Assembly (NCBI GenBank): GCA_963933885.1
Contig: CAWVWF010000024.1
Span: 1 to 24,943, forward strand
Source: an uncultured Flavobacteriales bacterium
Lineage (GTDB): Bacteria; Bacteroidota; Bacteroidia; Flavobacteriales_C; GCA-002722245
Reading direction: 5' to 3'
Length of the DNA: 24,943 bases
The translations under genes were made by a program, and so were the position numbers. Below the pieces are notes generated by a model. That model was given only the letters and a program-made list of their open reading frames with translations, had not been told where the DNA came from and ran no database searches. Positions 18,721 to 24,943 of the stretch are shown one piece after another. Position 1 is the first letter of the stretch, and every line of letters begins with the position of its first letter.

Positions 18721-18776
18721 CACTTATTAATAAAAGAAATTGAAATAATAGGGTTCGATTAATCTCGAACCCTATT
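18721..18776 (-). terminator. Intrinsic terminator/attenuator candidate between flotillin gene and giant AAA+ gene
   Basis: Perfect 12-bp stem aatagggttcga / tcgaaccctatt (18747..18758 and 18765..18776) with a 6-nt loop. It lies 13 nt downstream of the flotillin stop. On the minus-strand transcript it is followed by AUUUCAAUUUCUUUUAUU. Confidence 0.4.
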
Positions 18777-18789
18777 TAATTATTTAGAA

Positions 18790-20937
18790 TTAGTTCCTTG
18801 ATATTGACTCTAAACCTAGGATAGAAGCACTTTTCTCAGCGATTCCCATTCCTGTAGCAATGTTTAAGAAGTTCCCTAAAACACCTTTTTCTTGATCGTT
18901 AGCTCCACTCATCATTTTAGCGATTAAAGCAGTAATACTTAAGTTTTTCAACTCTTCACTTGTAACTCCAAACTGATCAATAAACTTTCTCAAGTTCTCT
19001 TTAAATGATGAACCTCCTTCTGAATCAAAGAATGTATTTTTGATGTCTTGAACAGTTTCTGAATTGTTAACCATTCTATCAATAGACTTTCCTTGTGTAA
19101 CTGCTCCAACCAACTTATCAAAGAAGATTGTTTCACCTCCAATAATTTCAATATTAGAGTTTCTAAGCGCTTCAGATAATACATGAGCTTGTGAATCAGC
19201 AATACTTTTCTGAGCATCTAAATGAGCCAAATCAACTTTCAATTCCTTCTCTAATTTCAATCGGAACTCTTCATGATCTTTCCCAAGACCTTCAAGCTTC
19301 TTCATTGCAATTGCTTTCTGATCGATACCTTCAGCTTCAGCAATCATTTTAGCTTTCAATACTTCAGCTTCAACATTACCTTCTTTTAATTTAGCTTCAG
19401 CCATTTTCTCAATAACTTGAGCCTCTGCCAAACCTTGCTCAACTTCCAACTTAGCGACAACTAATCCACGTTTTTCATTTGCTTCTGCTTCTGCTTCTCC
19501 AGTTAACTCAATTGCTCTAGCATTTGCTTCAGCTTCTTTTTCAGTAGCTTGTGCTTTAGCCTCCATTACCTGAGCTTCAGCCATACCTAAAGATGCACTT
19601 TCTGCAGCTTTCGCTTCAGCTAATGTTTTAATTGCTTCAGCTTGCTTAACACTTGCAACTTGTGTGCTTTCAGCATTAATAACAAGCTCTTGAGCTTTAA
19701 ATTCGGATGCTTTCTTATTAGCCTCTGCTTCTTTAATTTGCTTTACCAAACTCTCTTCAGCATCTTTCTCTGCTAGCGTGATTGCAACTTCTTTAGTTCT
19801 CTCCGCTTCTGCAAATGCCTTAGTATCTTTTATTTTCTCTTCTTCTTCAACAACCAGTTTCTCAACAATTACTCTATCTCTGATTACATCCTGAATGTTC
19901 TTACGCTCTGTTTCTATAACTTTTTCTTTCTCAATTTGAGCAAGTGTTACGATACGTTCACGTTCTGTAACCTCCAACATTCTGTCTTTTTCGATACGCT
20001 CGTTTTCAACAGCTTCAGTTCTTTCTTTATTTTTCGCTGCAACAATTACTTGTCTGTCTTTGTTTTCTTCAGCTACTTTAATATCTTCCTCTGCTTCGAT
20101 CCTTGCGTTCTCAGATTTTCTTCTTTCAATCTCACCTACTTTTTTAATTTCAGCTTGTTCTCTAGATTTAATATTAGCAATCTCACGCTTCTGCTTTTCT
20201 TCAGCTTCAGCCAATTGCTTATTTAATTCTAATATTGCTTCTTTAGCTTCAACATTTTGTTTTGTAATAACCTTTTCCTTTTCTTTTTCAATCAGGTTAG
20301 ATTTAATTTTTTGTTGAGCAGTTAACTCTGTAATTTTCTTAATACCTTGAGCATCAAGAATATTCTTTTCGTTTAAGTATTCAACTGGAGTTTGCTCTAA
20401 ATAGTCAATATGACAGTTATCCAATGCATATCCATTTAAATCACTTCCGATAATTCTAATAATCTCATCTCTGAAATTTTCTCTTTCATTATACAACTGT
20501 ACAAAGTCAAATTGCTTTCCAACTGTTTTTAATGCTTCAGAAAATTTTGCTTCAAACAATAAATGTAATTGCTCTGGATGAGATGCTCTAGCACAACCTA
20601 TAGACTGGGCTACCTGCATTACTTCTGTTTTACTAACTCTTACATAAAAAGCAACTTTAATATCTGATCGGATGTTATCATTACAAATTAATCCATCACT
20701 TCCCGATCTTTCAATTTCTACTTTCTTAAGAGAGACATCCATTGATTCAATCTTGTGTAAAACAGGAATCATAATCCCCCAACTATGGAAAACCTTAATC
20801 CCACCTATACCAGTTCTTACTAAAACTTCTCCAGGCGATGTTTTTCTTACTGCTCTTGCGAAAAACACAACAATACCAATTAATATTCCTAAAATAATCA
20901 AGCCTGCGAGGCCTACTGTATTTAATATAAAATCCAT
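18790..20937 (-). CDS. Flotillin-family SPFH/Band-7 protein (YqiK/FloT-like) with long EA-rich coiled coil
   Basis: 715 aa. N-terminal TM LAGLIILGILIGIVVFFA. The SPFH core includes SPGEVLVRTGIGGIKV and DIKVAFYVRV. An extended E/A/K-rich flotillin-type coiled-coil follows (AEAEANEKRGLVVAKLEVEQGLAEAQV), then a C-terminal ~150-aa tail. Confidence 0.85.
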   Translation of the reverse strand: MDFILNTVGLAGLIILGILIGIVVFFARAVRKTSPGEVLVRTGIGGIKVFHSWGIMIPVLHKIESMDVSLKKVEIERSGSDGLICNDNIRSDIKVAFYVRVSKTEVMQVAQSIGCARASHPEQLHLLFEAKFSEALKTVGKQFDFVQLYNERENFRDEIIRIIGSDLNGYALDNCHIDYLEQTPVEYLNEKNILDAQGIKKITELTAQQKIKSNLIEKEKEKVITKQNVEAKEAILELNKQLAEAEEKQKREIANIKSREQAEIKKVGEIERRKSENARIEAEEDIKVAEENKDRQVIVAAKNKERTEAVENERIEKDRMLEVTERERIVTLAQIEKEKVIETERKNIQDVIRDRVIVEKLVVEEEEKIKDTKAFAEAERTKEVAITLAEKDAEESLVKQIKEAEANKKASEFKAQELVINAESTQVASVKQAEAIKTLAEAKAAESASLGMAEAQVMEAKAQATEKEAEANARAIELTGEAEAEANEKRGLVVAKLEVEQGLAEAQVIEKMAEAKLKEGNVEAEVLKAKMIAEAEGIDQKAIAMKKLEGLGKDHEEFRLKLEKELKVDLAHLDAQKSIADSQAHVLSEALRNSNIEIIGGETIFFDKLVGAVTQGKSIDRMVNNSETVQDIKNTFFDSEGGSSFKENLRKFIDQFGVTSEELKNLSITALIAKMMSGANDQEKGVLGNFLNIATGMGIAEKSASILGLESISRN

Positions 20938-20950
20938 TTAATTATTGTTT

Positions 20951-21610
20951 TTAATCTATATATGGTTCAACAATGTAATAATTTTTAGCTTCAATTAACT
21001 CGAGAACTAAAGCCTTATCTCCTTTTTTCAAAGAAGTTCCTGATACACACTTAAACATGATCAATTCAGGTACTCGATCAACTTCAATTTCCCCTTGTCC
21101 TAATTTCATTTCATCAGCACCTAATGTTACCGTAACAATTTTCCCTACAGCATTCCTCAATTCTTTTTCTTCAATTTTCATTTTCTTAAAAACTTTCACA
21201 AAAGGCTGCGTAAAGATTTTACCGATAATTGAACTGATAATAATATTAGGAATAAATAAACCTAAACCTAAAAGGAAATTGTCGCCTAACAATTTATTTC
21301 CAATAATAGAAATAAACCATCCAGACAAAGCGAAGAAACTAAGAAAGAACATTAATGGAACGTACTTGATGTTTAAAAACTCAAGGATGTTATTTAAAAA
21401 CATCATATCTCCTAATCCTCCGTCTGCTTCCACACTAGTATCAACGTCTACATCAGCACTTAAATCAACATCAGCGTCAATATCTATGTCCATAAAATCC
21501 ATATCTAATACTCCAACGATAACAGTTACCCAATAAAGTAAAATCAGTACTAGTAATATCGTGAAGGGATAATTCATCCCTTCAAAGGACAATTCGATTA
21601 TTTCTTTCAT
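20951..21610 (-). CDS. NfeD/YqiJ-like membrane protein with C-terminal OB-fold and poly-acidic loop
   Basis: 219 aa. It has an N-terminal TM, the acidic tract DMDFMDIDIDADVDLSADVDVDTSVEAD, 2-3 further TM helices, and a C-terminal beta-barrel segment (GKIVTVTLGADEMKLGQGEIEVD...YYIVEPY) typical of NfeD partners of SPFH proteins. The stop is 13 nt upstream of the flotillin start. Confidence 0.7.
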   Translation of the reverse strand: MKEIIELSFEGMNYPFTILLVLILLYWVTVIVGVLDMDFMDIDIDADVDLSADVDVDTSVEADGGLGDMMFLNNILEFLNIKYVPLMFFLSFFALSGWFISIIGNKLLGDNFLLGLGLFIPNIIISSIIGKIFTQPFVKVFKKMKIEEKELRNAVGKIVTVTLGADEMKLGQGEIEVDRVPELIMFKCVSGTSLKKGDKALVLELIEAKNYYIVEPYID

Positions 21611-21660
21611 TATTCTAAATATTATTAAATGCTTATGAGAAAACTAATGATAAAATAGAA

Positions 21661-22365
21661 TTATTTATCCATGTTCATCTTAGCTTTCAAAGCAGCTAAT
21701 GCATCATCAGCAGAACTAGCGTCAGTATTTGCAGCATCGTTGATTTCATCTTCTATAGAAGTGTTTTCACCAGCAATCTCACCATATGCTTCGCCTAATG
21801 CTTCATCTTGCTCAACTTTTTCCTTCATTCTTTCTAACATAGAAATTGTACTATCAGGATCGATTCCAGCTAACTGCTTGTTCATCTTCTTAGTAGTTTC
21901 ACTAACACGAACTCTAGCTTTTAAAGTCTTTAATTCGTTTTCGTAATTACTAATCATGCTTTTCAATTTCTGAACTTGAGCACTCAATTTCACTTCTTGA
22001 GCTCCGTAGTTATCAGATCTTACTTGAGTTTCTGATGAATTCTTAACAGCTTGATCCTTTTTAACCAAAGCTTCTTTTGCTAAACGATCAGCATCTTCTG
22101 CGTTTAATTCTCCTTTAGAAACTTTCTGTAAAATCAACATTGCTTTCTTTTCCCAAGATTCAGCAGCTAATTTAGCTTCCTTTGCTTCTCTTTTAGATCT
22201 GATAACAATTGCTTTAATTTCAGCTAATCCTTTTAAAGAACCATCCAAATCTTTTTTCAAATCTCTAATTCCTTGCTCTGTGTTTGCAATTGGATCTTCT
22301 AATTTATCAATAACAGAATGTGCTTCTGCTTTACCAATATTAAATAATCTTCTAAATATGTTCAT
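21661..22365 (-). CDS. pspA: PspA/IM30 (phage-shock protein A / Vipp1 family; ESCRT-III superfamily)
   Basis: 234 aa. The N-terminal signature MNIFRRLFNIGKAEAHSVIDKLEDPIANTEQGIRDL matches the PspA/IM30 helix alpha0-alpha1. It is heptad-rich throughout with an acidic C-terminus. Confidence 0.85.
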   Translation of the reverse strand: MNIFRRLFNIGKAEAHSVIDKLEDPIANTEQGIRDLKKDLDGSLKGLAEIKAIVIRSKREAKEAKLAAESWEKKAMLILQKVSKGELNAEDADRLAKEALVKKDQAVKNSSETQVRSDNYGAQEVKLSAQVQKLKSMISNYENELKTLKARVRVSETTKKMNKQLAGIDPDSTISMLERMKEKVEQDEALGEAYGEIAGENTSIEDEINDAANTDASSADDALAALKAKMNMDK

Positions 22366-22369
22366 TTTA

Positions 22370-22765
22370 TTATTTTTTTGAAATGTTAATTAACTCCGAC
22401 GAATATTCACTCATTAATAGACTTAATGAATTTATCGATGATTCTAATTCGTTTAAATCTAAATTCTCTAATTGTAATGTATCTCTAAAAATCAATTTCT
22501 TTCCTGAATCATCAAGAACAAATGCTCCATGAATTATATCTCTATTCTTTTTAAGTAAATCGATATATACTTCACTTGAAGTAGAGTCTATATCAGTAAT
22601 ATATTGCTCCATGATTAAAATAGGATCTTCACATCCTAAAACAAGGTTTTTAATTCCTGATTCTTCTGCTTCTATAACCAAAATTGAATCAGCTTCACTT
22701 TCGTTTACAATAGTGTATTCTAACTCCGTTACGTAATTTTTAATTTTTGAAAAATTGTTATTCAT
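22370..22765 (-). CDS. Acidic small cytoplasmic protein, possibly YbjN/DUF2170 (YjfI-like) PspA-associated protein
   Basis: 131 aa, very D/E-rich, no TM, 4 nt upstream of pspA. Its size, charge and position before a PspA paralog mirror E. coli yjfI-yjfJ. Family assignment is from pattern only. Confidence 0.35.
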   Translation of the reverse strand: MNNNFSKIKNYVTELEYTIVNESEADSILVIEAEESGIKNLVLGCEDPILIMEQYITDIDSTSSEVYIDLLKKNRDIIHGAFVLDDSGKKLIFRDTLQLENLDLNELESSINSLSLLMSEYSSELINISKK

Positions 22766-22949
22766 CCCTTTCCTTTTAGTTGCTTTTAATTAAAAAACTA
22801 ATCTAAACCAAAATTCCTTTAATTGTTAAATAATTGAATTGAAATATTTAAAATCGTGCACTTTTTTAAAATATTATTCACTCAAAACTTTCATTTATTA
22901 GCATTTTTGTTTAAAATTGAACATAACCAAGATATAAAATCTTTTGTGA
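22766..22949. promoter_or_regulatory. Divergent promoter/operator region between the psp-flotillin cluster and the XRE/S24 regulator gene
   Basis: 184-bp AT-rich intergenic region flanked by divergent ATG starts. It contains short palindromes (CAATTG, AAATATTT, GTGCAC) and attcac...gtgaat inverted half-sites. No precise -33/-7 call made. Confidence 0.3.
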
Positions 22950-23639
22950 ATGAACAAATTTTTAGCAAAAAATAGCGAAGAAAAATCTACAATTAGTAAA
23001 AACATTAGAAAAATAAGGACTATAAAAGGTATTAGTCAAACAGTTTTCGCTGAAGACTTTGGTCTTAATCGTGCTAACATTAGTAGTTATGAAGAAGGAA
23101 GAGCTGAGCCTAAGATGGATTTTGTGATAAAGATTGCTAAAAAGTTCGGTTTAGACATGGAACACCTTTACACAAAAGACCTTACTGTAAACGACCTAAC
23201 CCACTTCTCCCCTCCTCAATACAAGAAAGAAACAATTTCACTCCAAAAAGAAAATAGTATTAAATGGGTAAGTAGATCAAGTAGTTTAGACTATGCATCA
23301 ATACTAATAAATGGTAGTGATAATTTACCCGATCTTCAAGTTCCAAATATTAAAGAAGCAAGAGCTTTCGAATATTTTGGTGACGACATAAAAGCTTTTA
23401 GCAATGGAGATGTTTTATATGCTAAAAAAATTGACAATAAAAACTGGAATGGTATAATTCCAGGTGAAGCATGTGTAGTTATTAGCAACGACAGAGTATA
23501 TTTTAAAAGATTAGATGTTGTTAAGAATAAAATTTCCCTTGTATCTGAAAACCCAAAATACAAGTCATTAAATATAGCAATTGAAGAGATTCAAGAAATA
23601 TGGAGGGTTGTTGGTTACTTATCTTTTTTAATTCCTTAA
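22950..23639 (+). CDS. XRE-family HTH transcriptional regulator with LexA/S24-like C-terminal domain (nucleophile Ser not conserved)
   Basis: 229 aa. N-terminal Cro/C1-type HTH IRKIRTIKGISQTVFAEDFGLNRANISSYEEGRAEP. The C-terminal region aligns to the LexA/cI S24 fold: GEACVVISNDRVYFKRL with the general-base Lys in FKRL conserved, then SLVSENPKY and WRVVGYL. Where LexA has G-x-S-M this protein has YFGDDIKAFSNGD, so a canonical Ser-Lys dyad is doubtful. Confidence 0.7.
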   Translation: MNKFLAKNSEEKSTISKNIRKIRTIKGISQTVFAEDFGLNRANISSYEEGRAEPKMDFVIKIAKKFGLDMEHLYTKDLTVNDLTHFSPPQYKKETISLQKENSIKWVSRSSSLDYASILINGSDNLPDLQVPNIKEARAFEYFGDDIKAFSNGDVLYAKKIDNKNWNGIIPGEACVVISNDRVYFKRLDVVKNKISLVSENPKYKSLNIAIEEIQEIWRVVGYLSFLIP

Positions 23640-23661
23640 TTTTACACTTTCAATTTGAATT

Positions 23662-24384
23662 ATGGCGACTAGGATTAACAAATACTTAAGTGAAGCAGGT
23701 TATTGCTCAAGAAGAGCAGCAGATAAACTGATTGAAAAAGGTAGAGTTACTATTAATGGCGTTGTTCCTGAAATGGGAACTAAGATTGAAGATACAGATG
23801 AAGTACATGTTGACGGTAAATTACTATCTAAACCAAAAGAGAAAAGTGTTTATCTAGTTTTTAATAAGCCTGTAGGAATTGTTTGTACTACCGATGTTGG
23901 TGTTGAAAGAGATAATATTATTGAATACATCGACTACCCTACTCGTATTTTCCCAATTGGACGATTAGATAAGCCTAGTGAAGGTTTAATCTTCATGACC
24001 AATGATGGAGATATTGTAAATAAAATTCTTCGTGCCAGAAACAATCACGAAAAGGAATATATAGTTACTGTAAACAGAGCAATTCGTGACTCTTTTATTG
24101 ACCATATGAGTGAAGGTGTTGAGATATTAGAAACAATGACTAAGCCTTGTTATGTTGAAAAGTTAGGAGCTTTCAAATTCAAAATCATTCTTACACAAGG
24201 TCTAAATAGGCAAATCAGAAGAATGTGTGATCATTTAGGTTATCGTGTTCTTACCCTAAAACGTGTTCGAATCATGAATATTGAACTAGACATTCCCGTT
24301 GGAGAGTATAGAGATTTCAGAGAGGAAGAACTTACTGAGCTTAATAAACTAATTGAAGACTCTAGTAAAACAAATGAGGAGTGA
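23662..24384 (+). CDS. rluF: 23S rRNA pseudouridine synthase, RsuA/RluF family
   Basis: 240 aa. S4 domain RINKYLSEAGYCSRRAADKLIEKGRVTING; catalytic PIGRLDKPSEGLIFMTNDGD; NHEKEYIVTV and GLNRQIRRMCDHLGY blocks closely match E. coli RluF from memory. Confidence 0.8.
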   Translation: MATRINKYLSEAGYCSRRAADKLIEKGRVTINGVVPEMGTKIEDTDEVHVDGKLLSKPKEKSVYLVFNKPVGIVCTTDVGVERDNIIEYIDYPTRIFPIGRLDKPSEGLIFMTNDGDIVNKILRARNNHEKEYIVTVNRAIRDSFIDHMSEGVEILETMTKPCYVEKLGAFKFKIILTQGLNRQIRRMCDHLGYRVLTLKRVRIMNIELDIPVGEYRDFREEELTELNKLIEDSSKTNEE

Positions 24385-24387
24385 AAT

Positions 24388-24397
24388 CCCCCCCCCC
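24388..24397. repeat. C10 homopolymeric tract in intergenic DNA
   Basis: Ten consecutive C directly after the rluF TGA stop, in otherwise AT-rich DNA. Confidence 0.9.
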
Positions 24398-24524
24398 TCA
24401 ATAAACAAGTTAAAATCTACAAACCTAAGTTCTGAATAAGACCTACTCAACCGTGCTTTCAAGTATTTGGAAGAAAACTCAATATATTAGAAAAGGAGAG
24501 CTGCTAATGTTGTAAATTTGCAGA

Positions 24525-24943
24525 ATGAAAACGAATCTTGAAATCGTAAAAGATCTTTATCAATTTGTAAAAAGTAACGACCTAGATTCTATTAGGCCTA
24601 TTTTTCACAAAAACATCAAATGGAACCAAATGAAAGGGTTCCCAAATGGCGGCCAGTATGTTGGTGCTGATGAAGTATTTCAGAATGTTTTCAAAAGCTT
24701 AAAAAAAGACTGGTCTAACTGGGCTTCACAAATTGAAGATTACATCGATGCTGGAGAAACAATCTTAGTTACTGGGTTTTACGAAGGAACTTTCAATGAA
24801 TCAGGAATTCATATGGAAGCAGAATTCATACATAAATATACTGTTCAAGACGGAGTTATTACTAAATTCAATCAATATACAGATACAAGCCTTATTGCAA
24901 ATGCAATGAGAGTTACTACTAAGAAAAAGCAAGTAAATAATCC
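24525..24943 (+). CDS. SnoaL-like / NTF2-fold (ketosteroid-isomerase-like) protein, C-terminus beyond window
   Basis: ATG at 24525 with an open frame to the window end (139 codons, no stop). MKTNLEIVKDLYQFVKSNDLDSIRPIFHKNIKWNQ...ETILVTGFYEGTF matches SnoaL_2/NTF2-like small proteins. It is absent from the ORF track because it has no stop in the window. Confidence 0.55.
   Translation, partial: MKTNLEIVKDLYQFVKSNDLDSIRPIFHKNIKWNQMKGFPNGGQYVGADEVFQNVFKSLKKDWSNWASQIEDYIDAGETILVTGFYEGTFNESGIHMEAEFIHKYTVQDGVITKFNQYTDTSLIANAMRVTTKKKQVNN

Noticed and set aside
19936-20317. Two overlapping plus-strand ORFs (96 and 85 aa) rich in S/F/L, plus the 18990..19217, 20672..20941, 21057..21536 and 21671..21946 ORFs
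   Set aside because: They are antisense or alternate-frame shadows of the flotillin EA-repeat coiled-coil, the NfeD and the pspA genes. The repetitive gcttcagc nucleotide motif of the coiled-coil region keeps the complementary frame open. No independent support.
22766-22949. Specific operator call from AT palindromes (AAATATTT, CAATTG, GTGCAC) in the divergent promoter
   Set aside because: Palindromes of 6-8 bp made of A/T are expected by chance in ~70% AT intergenic DNA. I kept only a low-confidence region-level regulatory annotation.
1-24943. Screen for CRISPR arrays, IS/transposase genes, integrases, rRNA/tRNA or direct repeats flanking the psp-flotillin cluster as evidence of a mobile island
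   Set aside because: None found by eye. There is no transposase- or integrase-like ORF, and no tRNA or att-like direct repeats at the cluster borders. The cluster is flanked by core genes (sensor kinase, rluF), so it looks chromosomal rather than horizontally mobile.

Overview
AT-rich window (about one-third GC) whose gene content and synteny look Bacteroidota/Flavobacteriia (BT_3928-family protein, DUF1599 next to folP-cdaA, TAATG start/stop overlaps). I found no rRNA, tRNA, CRISPR array or IS element. The left 10 kb is housekeeping on the minus strand. It runs from a partial MORN-repeat gene at the window edge through a 1539-aa signal-peptide protein of unknown family, prmA, tpiA and a BT_3928/DoxX-like membrane protein. 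A DUF1599 gene then sits divergent from folP-cdaA. The middle has a cytoplasmic hybrid histidine kinase/response regulator (2 PAS, HisKA, HATPase, REC, two Hpt-like domains) on the plus strand. Its stop overlaps the stop of an unannotated 55-aa two-TM ORF on the minus strand. The most interesting locus is a minus-strand cluster spanning 13616..22765. It encodes, in order, an acidic YbjN/YjfI-like small protein, PspA/IM30, an NfeD/YqiJ-like membrane protein with a poly-Asp tract, and a 715-aa flotillin/YqiK (SPFH) protein. A hairpin terminator or attenuator follows. Then comes a ~1627-aa giant protein with an N-terminal beta-rich region, a very long helical middle and a MoxR/AAA_5-type AAA+ module near the C-terminus. 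The 55-aa membrane ORF is translationally coupled to it. An XRE-HTH regulator with a LexA/S24-like C-terminal domain that apparently lacks the nucleophile Ser is transcribed divergently from the cluster, followed by rluF. Between rluF and a partial SnoaL-like gene lies a C10 homopolymer that is unusual for this AT-rich DNA. Several ORF-track starts are TTG with an in-frame ATG shortly downstream. I moved those starts to the ATG.
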